Shown: positions 31,601 to 40,577 of the stretch, piece by piece | How positions within the stretch are numbered: the first letter of the stretch is position 1 | Layout of the letters: each line of letters opens with the position of its first letter | Assembly: GCA_046290465.1 (NCBI GenBank) | Contig: JBKAGP010000001.1 | Location: 4,192,001-4,256,000 of the forward strand | Direction of reading: 5' to 3' | Length of the DNA stretch: 64,000 nucleotides | Source of the DNA: Planctomycetota bacterium | Lineage (GTDB): Bacteria; Planctomycetota; UBA1135; UBA2386 | Notes under the pieces: generated by a model | Seen by the model: only the letters and a program-made list of their open reading frames with translations | What the model was told of the DNA's origin: nothing | Database searches by the model: none | Translations under genes and position numbers: made by a program

Positions 31601-32161
31601 TCACTCCAGTTCGCGCTGCAGGAAGCGCCGCGCGTAGGTCCATTCCTTGCCGGCGGTGCGCACCGAGACCTCGAGCGTGGCGGCGGCCTCCTCGACCGTC
31701 ATCTCCCCGAAGATGCGCAGCTCGGCGAGGCGCGCCATGCGCGGCTGCAGCTCGGCGAGCCGACGGATCGCGTCGTCGATCTCGACCAGACTGGCGCGCT
31801 GGTCGCGACCGATCATGGCCGTGGTCGAGAGCGTCACCGCCCGCCTGCCGTCGCCGCGCTTGGCCGCGTGCCGGCGGCGCGCGTGGTCGACCAGCACGTT
31901 GCGACACTGGCGCGCGAAGCACGCGCGCAAGAACAGCAGATCGGCCTCCTCGAGCCCCTTCTGCTGCAGCAGGTCGAGCAGCGCCTGGTTCATCAACGCG
32001 GTCGGGCTCAGCGAGTGTCCCGGCTGCTCGCGCCCGAACAGCCGTTCTGCGATCGCATAGAGGCTGTCGTGGTGGCTCTCGACCAGCGCTTCGATGCGGC
32101 TGCGCACGGAGGCGCCGTCGCACGACTCCCCCTGCGCGTCTCGATCAGGACCCTCGACCAT
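31601..32161 (-). CDS. ECF-type sigma factor (ECF43/TIGR02999-like)
   Basis: GHSLSPTALMNQA, LVDHARRRHAAKRG, ELRIFGEMTVEEAA..L.VS.RT..EW..AR; directly upstream of the kinase; start inferred. Confidence 0.85.
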   Translation of the reverse strand: MVEGPDRDAQGESCDGASVRSRIEALVESHHDSLYAIAERLFGREQPGHSLSPTALMNQALLDLLQQKGLEEADLLFLRACFARQCRNVLVDHARRRHAAKRGDGRRAVTLSTTAMIGRDQRASLVEIDDAIRRLAELQPRMARLAELRIFGEMTVEEAAATLEVSVRTAGKEWTYARRFLQRELE

Positions 32162-32213
32162 CGGGCTGCGATTGTGCCGCCCGGCCTGGCCGCAGGCCAG
32201 CCGGACGGGCGCG

Positions 32214-34439
32214 CTACTGCACGCGGATCTCGTGGGCTTCGGTCGCATGGTAGACACCGTTGGGGGACGGAGCGTTGGCGGGCGACAGCGCGACGGCCTG
32301 CAGCATCAGGCTCGACGCGGCGAGGCCCGGCGGCACGACCAGCGAGAACGGGTTGCCGCCCTGCGCGGCGGGCACGACCACCGGCGCGAACAGCGAGCCG
32401 TGCCAGCCGTTGTAGAGCAGCAGGATGCGGCCCGGATCGACCCAGATGTCGGGCAGGTACTGGGTGCCGGCCGTGCCGGTCGCGACCAGGTCGAGTGCGA
32501 GCAGCACCGGCGCGCCGTCGAGCGTGGCGTTGGGCGATAGCACCCGGGTGGTGACGACCGCGCCGGTCGTCGCCGGCTGGATCACGTGGCCGGGGCCGGT
32601 GCGCGGCAGGTCGTCGACGCCGGTCAGCAGCGCGAGGCTCGCGGGGTCGGTCCCGGGATAGGGCTGGCTCGAGGCGTGCTCGGCCGTGTCGAACGCGACC
32701 AGCCGCACGTCGTCGGCGAGCCCGAACGCGCCGCTGCAGCAGACGTCGGAGAACACCACTTCGACGATGCACCGCGACGCGTTGGCCGGCGCGACGAACG
32801 CACCCGACTGGCGGCGGATCAGCGTCGTCTGGTTCTGGCGTTCGGCCGCGGTCACCGCGGGCAGCACCACGACCGGCCCGGTGGCGACACCGGTCGTCGT
32901 CTGGAACCGCACGCGGACCTCGGCGGTATCGGCGTAGCTGGCGACGCCGCCGAGCCAGGCCGCTGCCTCGAAGCCGAGGCGGCCGGCCGCGACCAGCCCT
33001 GCGCTACCGCGCAGGTCGACCGTCTGCACGAGCCGCGCGTTGCCACCGTCTTGGAGCACCAGCGAGCCGAGCCCCTGCGCATTGGCGAACGCGCTGGTCG
33101 GTCGGTTGGGCGTTCCGTACTGCGGCACGTAGGCCCGTCCGGCGCCGGTGCCGTACCAGCCGACGGGCACGCCGAGCATCAGCGGACTGCCGGGCAGCGT
33201 GCCGACCTCGAACGAGCCGTTGTCGAGCAGGTTGGTCTGCAGCTGCAGCGGCGCCGGCGGTGCGACGGCGACCAGCCGCGCGCTGACGTTGTCGACGTTG
33301 GCGAAGCTGCCGCTGCAGCAGACGTCCGAGAAGCGCGCGAACACGTCGATGTAGGCGGTGTTGGCCGGCACCACGAGGTCGCGCTGCCGCCGCACCAGCG
33401 TGCTCTCGTAGTTGCGGTTGGCGGCGCCGACCGGACCGATCGTGCCCGAGCCGAGAGCGGTGCCGTTGGCCGTGCGGAAGCGGGCTTCGACGGTGGCCTG
33501 GTCGCCGTAGGTGCCGATGCCGCCGAGGTCGGCGCCGAGCCGCAGCGCCCAGTTGCCGTTGGCGAAGCGCGACGTCGAACCGCGCACGTCGATGGTCTGC
33601 CGCAGGCTGGCGTTGCCCGCGTGGCCGAGGAAGTTGCCGGCGGCGCCGCCGTTGCAGCTCGGGTTGGGCGCGGCACCGCCGATCGCACACGACACCAGGC
33701 CGCCCGGCGCACCCGGATCGACGTCGGAGTAGGCGCGCACCGAGGTGTGGTCGACCGACGCGCCCTCCCAACCGCCGCCGAACAGGTGCAGCGGCGAGCT
33801 CGGTTGCCAGCCCGCCTCGAAGCCGGGGTTGGCGAGCAGTTCTGGACCGAACGGCACCCCGGCCGGGATCACCGGACCGGTGGTGACGTAGGCCTGCACG
33901 AGGTCGGCGGCGGCCGCGGCCCCGCTGCAGCAGAGGTCGGAGAACTCGATGCGGATCGCGAAGCGCACGGTGCCGGGTTGGATCGGCACGACCAGCCGGC
34001 GCTCGAGCAGCACGGCTTCGCCGTTGCGTTCGACATCGCTGACGAACGCGGTCGCGTGCAGGCCGATCTGCACGCCGCTGCCGTCGAGCGAGCGCACCAC
34101 GAGGCGCGTCCGGTCGTTGCGGCCACCGCCGAGGAACGCCTCGGCGACCAGGTGCGAGCCGGCTGGCAGTGACGACGGCGTCACGATCTGCTCGATCACG
34201 CCGTTGCCGAGGTCCCGCAGCATCAGGCCGCCGCCGCCGATCACGCTCGAGCACAGCGTGCCGGGCAGCTCGGGCGAGCCGTAGGTCGAGACCGCGGCGG
34301 AGCCCGAGACGACGCTCCACGGCGTCAGGCTCCCGGACTCGAAGCCGGGGTTCTGCAGCAGGTTGGGGCCCTGGCCGGTGGCGGCGAGGGTGAGGATGCC
34401 GGCCATCGAGGCCAGCCTGGTGGATCGGATCAGCATCAT
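32214..34439 (-). CDS. Secreted protein with three tandem jelly-roll (CBM/FBA-like) domains each carrying FSDxCCSG
   Basis: Signal peptide; NLLQNPGFE / ELLANPGFE / NLLDNGSFE repeats. Confidence 0.7.
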   Translation of the reverse strand: MMLIRSTRLASMAGILTLAATGQGPNLLQNPGFESGSLTPWSVVSGSAAVSTYGSPELPGTLCSSVIGGGGLMLRDLGNGVIEQIVTPSSLPAGSHLVAEAFLGGGRNDRTRLVVRSLDGSGVQIGLHATAFVSDVERNGEAVLLERRLVVPIQPGTVRFAIRIEFSDLCCSGAAAAADLVQAYVTTGPVIPAGVPFGPELLANPGFEAGWQPSSPLHLFGGGWEGASVDHTSVRAYSDVDPGAPGGLVSCAIGGAAPNPSCNGGAAGNFLGHAGNASLRQTIDVRGSTSRFANGNWALRLGADLGGIGTYGDQATVEARFRTANGTALGSGTIGPVGAANRNYESTLVRRQRDLVVPANTAYIDVFARFSDVCCSGSFANVDNVSARLVAVAPPAPLQLQTNLLDNGSFEVGTLPGSPLMLGVPVGWYGTGAGRAYVPQYGTPNRPTSAFANAQGLGSLVLQDGGNARLVQTVDLRGSAGLVAAGRLGFEAAAWLGGVASYADTAEVRVRFQTTTGVATGPVVVLPAVTAAERQNQTTLIRRQSGAFVAPANASRCIVEVVFSDVCCSGAFGLADDVRLVAFDTAEHASSQPYPGTDPASLALLTGVDDLPRTGPGHVIQPATTGAVVTTRVLSPNATLDGAPVLLALDLVATGTAGTQYLPDIWVDPGRILLLYNGWHGSLFAPVVVPAAQGGNPFSLVVPPGLAASSLMLQAVALSPANAPSPNGVYHATEAHEIRVQ

Positions 34440-34649
34440 GTCTTGCACGTGGGTGCGGCGCGAAGGAGTCGCGCCGGGCACATCCAGAACCGCGTCCGGC
34501 CGGGGCCGCGGTCGGCAGCGGTTTCGTGCCAGATCCCAAGTTCCGACCGCATCGGAGCTTCGCGGCTCGTCCGTGGACCGCCGGGCCGGGCGGTCCAGGC
34601 ATGAGTCGGCTGCTCAAGACGCCCGCGTCATCGGGTCGATGAGGAGGCC

Positions 34650-35240
34650 GTGAAGGGCATCGAGAAGATCACCTCCGTCCGGCTCGCCGAGATCCTGACC
34701 GAACGAGACGTCGTCTCGTCGGAGGTGATCACCGACGCGCTGTACTCGCAGGACAAGAACGGAGAGCCGTTCGCGCAGGTGCTCGTCAACGGCGGCCACA
34801 TCACCGAGTGGGACCTCGCCAAGATCGTCACCGAGAACTTCAACCTGCCGTTCCTGATGGCGGGCAACTACTCGATCAGCGAGGAGGCCAAGGAGCGCCT
34901 GCCGAAGGAGACGCTGTTCAAGTACACGATCGTGCCGCTCGACACGTTCGGCGACATCGTCACGGTCGCGATGCCGGTGATGCTCTCGTTCGAGGACATC
35001 GCCAAGATCCAGAAGGAGCACAACTGCGATCTGTTCCCGTACGTCGGCCTGATCTCGGAGAACAAGAAGGTCCTGACCGACATGCACAAGGACTACCCGC
35101 AGTGGGTCGAGGACGACGCCAAGCGTCGCGAGGAAGAGGCCGTCAAGCGCAAGGCCTCGCCGAAGAAGGGCGAGGAGGGCGACTGGATGAGCATCTTCGA
35201 CGCCGGGGACGAGGCGATCCAGCAGTCCAAGAAGGGCTGA
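34650..35240 (+). CDS. Stand-alone MshEN / GspE-PilB N-terminal-like domain protein
   Basis: RLAEILTERDVVSSEVITDALYSQ...FAQVLVNGGHITE..L; IVPL....VTVAM.; no ATPase domain. Confidence 0.7.
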   Translation: MKGIEKITSVRLAEILTERDVVSSEVITDALYSQDKNGEPFAQVLVNGGHITEWDLAKIVTENFNLPFLMAGNYSISEEAKERLPKETLFKYTIVPLDTFGDIVTVAMPVMLSFEDIAKIQKEHNCDLFPYVGLISENKKVLTDMHKDYPQWVEDDAKRREEEAVKRKASPKKGEEGDWMSIFDAGDEAIQQSKKG

Positions 35241-35277
35241 TCGCCCAAAAGGGCTGAGCACCAAGAAGGGCTGATCG
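35227..35277 (+). repeat. 17-bp tandem repeat x3 across a stop codon
   Basis: ccaagaagggcTGAtcg / cccaaaagggctgagca / ccaagaagggctgatcg. Confidence 0.88.
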
Positions 35278-35577
35278 TCAGAACAGGCCGGGATAGATCG
35301 GCGCGAACGGCGGCACGAAGCTGGCCAGCGCGCTGACGACTGCCAGGGTGCAACCCAGGACCGGCTTGCGACCCGCCTCAGCGAGGTGCGAGGCGATGGC
35401 GCCGTTCCACAGGGCCACCAGGGCGAGGATGATCGCCGGCAGGTTGCACGACCAGACCAGGAACGCGTCGTAGAACGGTCCACGAACGATCACCAGCGCG
35501 ATCATCCCGAGCCGGATGGCGATGCTGGCGGCCGCAGCCTTCAGGCAGCGCCGGGCCCGAACCTCGGCCCCTGCCAC
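35278..35577 (-). CDS. Small hypothetical membrane protein
   Basis: 99-aa ORF with three hydrophobic stretches filling the gap; start uncertain. Confidence 0.4.
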   Translation of the reverse strand: MAGAEVRARRCLKAAAASIAIRLGMIALVIVRGPFYDAFLVWSCNLPAIILALVALWNGAIASHLAEAGRKPVLGCTLAVVSALASFVPPFAPIYPGLF

Positions 35578-35588
35578 GAGCGTTCCGC

Positions 35589-35885
35589 CTAGTCCTCGTG
35601 CTCGGCGTCCGGGTCGTTCTTCGATTCCATCGCCTGGCGCGTCAGGTCGTCCTGGTCGACATCGGTCGGCTTCAGGATCTCGCGGGCGCGTTCGGCGGCC
35701 TCGGTCGGGACCATCACGCGCACGTTGTTGACGTTGAGCAGGCGCTGGCTCATCGCGAACTCGTCGACCGACGAGTTGCCGTCGATGAACGCCGGGATGC
35801 CCTCGGCCTCGAGCATGGCGACGTAGATCTTCGCCTGGTCGGGCGTGCTGGCGACCTTGACGACGGTGCTGATGGGTTCGCTCAC
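35589..35885 (-). CDS. DUF2007-like (P-II-like) small protein
   Basis: AKIYVAMLEAEGIPAFI...VRVMVP..AERAREIL; GTG start overlaps the tat gene stop. Confidence 0.7.
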   Translation of the reverse strand: MSEPISTVVKVASTPDQAKIYVAMLEAEGIPAFIDGNSSVDEFAMSQRLLNVNNVRVMVPTEAAERAREILKPTDVDQDDLTRQAMESKNDPDAEHED

Positions 35886-36391
35886 GATGCTTCCTTCTCC
35901 TTGTTGGTGTCCGCCGTGGCCGGCTCCGGGGTGTCGGAGGCGCTCGGCGGCGGGTCGGTATCGCCGGTCGGGTCCGGGTTGCCGGTCGGGTCCGGGTCGC
36001 CGGACTCGACCTCCACGACCGGATCGTCGTCCATGGCGTCGTGGTCCGCGTCGTGGTCCGTCGGCCCGTCGGTCGGTTCGTCGCGGACCGCTGCCGACAT
36101 CGCCTCGTGGGTCAGGTCCTTCAGGGCCCCCGCGGGGTTGGACATCGCGCGCGGCACCTTGGCCACGTTCTTGACCTCGCGGGCGGTCTCCTTGAACGCG
36201 CGGCCGGCGTCGCGCAGGTCGCCGTCGCGGTCGATCTGGTCCTTGAAGTCCTGGAAGCTGCGCTTCAGCTGCGCGACCACCCGACCCAGACTGCGGCCAG
36301 CATCGGGCAGGTTCCGGCCGTAGAGCAGGAGCCCGATGAAGAACAGCAGGAACATCTCCTGCCAGCCGATCGACGAGAACAGGGCGATCAC
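35882..36391 (-). CDS. Twin-arginine translocase TatA/TatB subunit
   Basis: IGWQEMFLLFFIGLLLYGRNLPDAGRSLGR...FK; acidic tail with an 18-bp repeat at 35963-35998. Confidence 0.82.
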   Translation of the reverse strand: MIALFSSIGWQEMFLLFFIGLLLYGRNLPDAGRSLGRVVAQLKRSFQDFKDQIDRDGDLRDAGRAFKETAREVKNVAKVPRAMSNPAGALKDLTHEAMSAAVRDEPTDGPTDHDADHDAMDDDPVVEVESGDPDPTGNPDPTGDTDPPPSASDTPEPATADTNKEKEAS

Positions 36392-36448
36392 GGAACGGTG
36401 AGCATAACGCCAATGGAAGTGGAAGGCCTGCCGCTACAACGGTGGGCG

Positions 36449-37279
36449 ATGATTCGTCTTTCGTCGTGCGTCGCGGCGGCGCTGGCGATGCTCGCCGGCT
36501 GTGCCGCACCGCCGGTCCCGCCGCCCCAACCGGCCCCGGCCGAGACCCCGCAGCTGGCGACGAGCTTCGGCGACCAGACCCCGGGCTTCGTGCCGGCCGG
36601 CGCACTCGATGCGGTGGTGCCGATCTACCACCCCGACACCGAGACGCTCGGCAGCGGCACGGTCGTCGCGCCGGACCGTGTCCTGACCGCCGCGCACGTG
36701 GTCGACGGCCTGCCGCGCGACGAGACCGGCCGGATCCCGCTGCGCATCGACGGCGCCGACGTGATCGCCACGGTGATGGACAAGGGCGACGCGAGCACGC
36801 CGCACGGCGACTGGGCGCTGCTGCTGGTCGAAGGCAAGAGCTTCCTGCAGCCGGCCGTCGTGCACGAGGCGGCGCGCGACTGGCGCTGGCATCCGCCCGA
36901 GGGCACCGAGATCCTGCTGGTCGGCTACGCGGCGGGGTTCTTTCCGGGCCGGACGATCGACATCGACGCGCCGACCCCGAGCGTGCGGGCCCGGGTGCGC
37001 GAGACCGTCGAGCGCCGTTCGTGCTGGTATGCGGTCGGCGACGAGCTCGACCTCGGCGGCATGTCGGGCGGCGGCGTGATGGTCTGGAACCACGAGGATC
37101 GCCGCGCCGAGCTGATCGGCGTGTTCCGCGGCTACGTGCCGACCGAGACCGTCACGACCGAGACCACCCGCGTGATGGGCCTGCAGGTCACCAGCCGCGA
37201 GACGCGCACCCAGAGCATCGCGTTCATGGTGCACCGGCTGCCCGAGGTCGTCGCCAATCCGGGCGTTCCGCTCCGCTGA
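36449..37279 (+). CDS. Trypsin-like serine protease lipoprotein
   Basis: Lipobox LAGC; LTAAHV, DWAL and GGMSGGG catalytic triad motifs. Confidence 0.8.
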   Translation: MIRLSSCVAAALAMLAGCAAPPVPPPQPAPAETPQLATSFGDQTPGFVPAGALDAVVPIYHPDTETLGSGTVVAPDRVLTAAHVVDGLPRDETGRIPLRIDGADVIATVMDKGDASTPHGDWALLLVEGKSFLQPAVVHEAARDWRWHPPEGTEILLVGYAAGFFPGRTIDIDAPTPSVRARVRETVERRSCWYAVGDELDLGGMSGGGVMVWNHEDRRAELIGVFRGYVPTETVTTETTRVMGLQVTSRETRTQSIAFMVHRLPEVVANPGVPLR

Positions 37280-37342
37280 GGCACGGACTCTGGTGGAAGC
37301 ACTGGACCGGGATCCGTCCGCTCCATACCTTCTTTCGCCCTC

Positions 37343-38935
37343 ATGAGCGACAAGCCCATCTTTGCCGTCGAAAAGCTCACCAAGAGCTACCAGGGCAAGA
37401 AGCCCGTCCTGAACGACATCAGCCTCGTGTTCCTCGAGGGCGCCAAGATCGGCGTCATCGGCCAGAACGGCGCGGGCAAGTCGACCCTGCTCCGCATCAT
37501 GGCGGGCGAGGACAAGGAGTACGACGGGGTCGCGCGCCTGGCCGACGGCAAGACCGTTGGCTACGTGCCGCAGGAGCCGAAGCTGATCGAGGACCTCACG
37601 GTCCGCGAGAACGTCGAGAAGGCGGTCGAGCCGATCCGCAACCTGCTCAAGGCGCACGAGGAGGTCTCGATGAAGCTCGCCGAGGACCTGCCGCCGGCCG
37701 AGATGGACAAGGTGATGGCCGAGTTCGAGCGCCTGCAGGGCGAGATCGACGCCAAGGACGCGTGGGAGATCGACCGCTACGTCGAGACCGCGATGACCAA
37801 GCTGCACCTGCCGCCCGGCGAGAAGAACGTCTCGGCGTGCTCCGGTGGCGAACGCCGCCGTGTCGCGCTGTGTCGCACGCTGCTCGAGGCGCCCGACCTG
37901 CTGCTGCTGGACGAGCCGACCAACCACCTCGACGTCGAGACCGTTCGCTGGCTCGAGGAGCAGCTCGCCAACTACAAGGGCACGGTCGTGGTCATCACGC
38001 ACGACCGCTTCTTCCTCGACAACGTCGTCGGCTGGATGCTCGAGGTCTGGCACGGCCGCGCGATCCCGTACCAGGGCAACTACTCCGAGTACCTGATCCA
38101 GCGCGCCAAGCGCATGGCTTCGCAGGAGCAGGCGCAGCAGAAGCGCGCCAAGTTCCTCGAGCGCGAACTCGACTGGATCCGCATGAACCCGAAGGCGCGC
38201 GCCACCAAGAACAAGTCGCGCCTGAAGAACTACGACAAGATGATGGAGGAGGAGGTCGAGCAGTCGGACGACTCGGTCGAGCTCCAGATCCCCGCGGGCA
38301 AGCGCCTCGGCGACACGATCATCCGCTTCGAGAAGGTGTGGTTCTCGTACGACGGCGAGAAGAACGTGCTCGAGAACGTCTCGTTCGACATGCAGCCGGG
38401 CGACATCCTCGGCATCGTCGGCCCCAACGGCACCGGCAAGACCACCTGCCTCAAGCTGATCACCGGCCGTCTCGAGCCGCAGCAGGGCACGGTCACGGTC
38501 GGCAAGACGGTCGACCTGTGCCACGTCGACCAGGAGCGCGAGACGCTCGACCCCGACCGCACCGTCTGGGAGGAGATCGCCGACGGCCAGGACATCATCA
38601 AGCTCGGCAAGACCGAGATGAACAGCCGCAGCTACGTGGCCAAGTTCAACTTCACCGGGCCCGACCAGCAGCAGAAGGTCGGTTCGCTGTCCGGTGGTCA
38701 GCGCAACCGCGTGCAGCTCGCCAAGATGCTGCGCCGCGGCGGCAACATGATCCTGTTGGACGAGCCGACCAACGACCTCGACCTGGACACGCTGCGCGTG
38801 CTCGAAGAGGGCATCCAGAACTTCCCCGGGTGCATGGTGATCGTCTCCCACGACCGCTACTTCCTCGACCGCGTCTGCACCAAGATCCTGGACCTCGGCA
38901 ACTACGAGCCGGGCAAGTTCCTCGACAGCCTGTAG
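37343..38935 (+). CDS. ettA: Energy-dependent translational throttle ABC-F protein
   Basis: GAKIGVIGQNGAGKST, SGGERRRVALCR, ELDWIRMNPKAR, second ABC domain with LSGGQRNR. Confidence 0.9.
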   Translation: MSDKPIFAVEKLTKSYQGKKPVLNDISLVFLEGAKIGVIGQNGAGKSTLLRIMAGEDKEYDGVARLADGKTVGYVPQEPKLIEDLTVRENVEKAVEPIRNLLKAHEEVSMKLAEDLPPAEMDKVMAEFERLQGEIDAKDAWEIDRYVETAMTKLHLPPGEKNVSACSGGERRRVALCRTLLEAPDLLLLDEPTNHLDVETVRWLEEQLANYKGTVVVITHDRFFLDNVVGWMLEVWHGRAIPYQGNYSEYLIQRAKRMASQEQAQQKRAKFLERELDWIRMNPKARATKNKSRLKNYDKMMEEEVEQSDDSVELQIPAGKRLGDTIIRFEKVWFSYDGEKNVLENVSFDMQPGDILGIVGPNGTGKTTCLKLITGRLEPQQGTVTVGKTVDLCHVDQERETLDPDRTVWEEIADGQDIIKLGKTEMNSRSYVAKFNFTGPDQQQKVGSLSGGQRNRVQLAKMLRRGGNMILLDEPTNDLDLDTLRVLEEGIQNFPGCMVIVSHDRYFLDRVCTKILDLGNYEPGKFLDSL

Positions 38936-39022
38936 CGGCGGTTGGCCGGTCGGTCCGCTGCGCGAGCGCGGTGCTTGGGTGACGTCCTGGCCTCGAGCCG
39001 GGATTGCGGACGGTTCTCGCAG

Positions 39023-39060
39023 AAAGGGTGGATAATCCACTCTCTAAATGTCGATAATCC
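39023..39060. promoter_or_regulatory. Palindromic operator-like site upstream of the nucleotidyltransferase gene
   Basis: GTGGAT-A-ATCCAC at 39028-39040; GATAATCC repeated at 39031 and 39053; AT-rich patch. Confidence 0.5.
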
Positions 39061-39064
39061 GGTC

Positions 39065-39634
39065 ATGACGCGCTGGGGAGGATTCCCGGAGGAGCATCTC
39101 GCGGCACTCGGTGCGCACTTGCAGGTCGCTGGACGGAGTCTGCGGCTCCTGGTCGTCGGAGGTGCGGCGATGCGGATGCGCGGGGTCATTCCGCGAGCGA
39201 CGCAGGACGTCGACGTGCTGGCAATGGTCGACGACGGCGGCCATGTGGAACTGCCGCAACTGACGTGGCTCCGGCCGCTCGTTCTGCGCGTGGCGCGTGA
39301 CTTCGCGGTGCCTGACGACTGGCTCAACACAGAAGTTGCCATGCAGTGGCAGACTGGGCTGCCTCCCGAGCCATTGCGCGACGTCGTGTGGCGTTCGTTC
39401 GGCGCGCTCGAGGTAGGGCTGGCCGGCCGCCAGTTGTTGGTCACCCTGAAGCTGTTCGCGGCCTGCGACCATTCGCCCGCCAGCGTGCACTGTCAGGACC
39501 TGATCGCACTCGCACCGAGCGCGCCGGAGTTGGCACGAGCACGAGAATGGGTGGTGACCCAGGACGCCAGTGAGGCCTGGCCCGGAATCGTCGATCAGGT
39601 GATGGCACATGTCCAAGCTCAACGACCTTCTTAG
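39065..39634 (+). CDS. Nucleotidyltransferase-fold protein (DUF6036/AbiEii-like)
   Basis: LLVVGGAAM...RATQDVDVL, DWLN, LKLFA. Confidence 0.72.
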   Translation: MTRWGGFPEEHLAALGAHLQVAGRSLRLLVVGGAAMRMRGVIPRATQDVDVLAMVDDGGHVELPQLTWLRPLVLRVARDFAVPDDWLNTEVAMQWQTGLPPEPLRDVVWRSFGALEVGLAGRQLLVTLKLFAACDHSPASVHCQDLIALAPSAPELARAREWVVTQDASEAWPGIVDQVMAHVQAQRPS

Positions 39635-40565
39635 GGGCGCCGCTGACGCAGTACTCACGGCGTGCTGGCAGCAGTGGCGTTCGCTCCTCGGCGAACGCGT
39701 CGAGGCGCAGCCCGGCCAGAGTGCCATGGTCGATCCTGAGGCGTTGGTGCTCGCATCGCTGTCCGTGCGTTCGAGCGAGCGACGGCTGGACGACATGCTG
39801 ATGGTGCTCGCCGAGGACTCGCACTTGCTCAGCGTGCAGCGCATCAAGTCGCTGGCCAGGTGGTTCCCCGGGCGGCTGACCGAGGACCTGGCCTGGTTCG
39901 CCGGCATGGCACGCGACGCCGGGGACGCACGTTGGCGATCTCTGCAGGGAGCCGAGGTGCGCGAAGCTCGTGGTCGCATCCGAAAGTCGATGCCCTCGCT
40001 GTCGCTGCGCTTCCCCGCGGCGTTCATGCTGCGCATGCGGTCTGGACTCGGAGTCGGCGTCAAGGCGGATCTGGTCTCGTGCCTCGCCGGGTTGCAGGCG
40101 ACGACGAACCGGCACGCAGGTGGTCTCAGCGTCGCGGACCTGCACGAAGTTCTCGGCTACTCGAAGGCGGCGACGCGCACCGCGCTCGACGAGATGGCGC
40201 GCGTCGATGTCGCCATCCGAGAGGATCGTCGCCCGGCTCGCTACCGCCTCGGAAGCGTCTTCTTCCAGGATCTCCAGGCGAGCGCGCCGCATGTCGGCAT
40301 GACCGCGCCACCGTGGGGCTACTGCGCACAGGTCTTCGCGATGCTGATCTCGTGCGCCGAACTGCATGCCGATTCGGGGCTCGCAGCGATGCCGGGGGTC
40401 GTCCAGGCATCGCGACTGCACGACCTGCACGACCGATTCGCATTCTGCCTGCCGTGGTTCGGACTACGGCCGGTCGATCCGCGGGTTCATCGCGGCGAGG
40501 CGTTCGTCGACGGGTTCGAGCCGGTGCTGCAGGCGATCGTCGACTGGGCCGGCGAACGGCTCTAG
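39609..40565 (+). CDS. Hypothetical protein with a winged HTH segment
   Basis: LSVADLHEVLGYSKAATRTALDEM...RPARY; overlaps the upstream gene by 26 nt. Confidence 0.6.
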   Translation: MSKLNDLLRGAADAVLTACWQQWRSLLGERVEAQPGQSAMVDPEALVLASLSVRSSERRLDDMLMVLAEDSHLLSVQRIKSLARWFPGRLTEDLAWFAGMARDAGDARWRSLQGAEVREARGRIRKSMPSLSLRFPAAFMLRMRSGLGVGVKADLVSCLAGLQATTNRHAGGLSVADLHEVLGYSKAATRTALDEMARVDVAIREDRRPARYRLGSVFFQDLQASAPHVGMTAPPWGYCAQVFAMLISCAELHADSGLAAMPGVVQASRLHDLHDRFAFCLPWFGLRPVDPRVHRGEAFVDGFEPVLQAIVDWAGERL

Positions 40566-40577
40566 TGCGGCGGCCGC

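Noticed and set aside
39027..39035. DnaA box (TTATCCACC on the minus strand)
   Set aside because: Single, far from the origin, and better explained as half of the palindrome upstream of the nucleotidyltransferase
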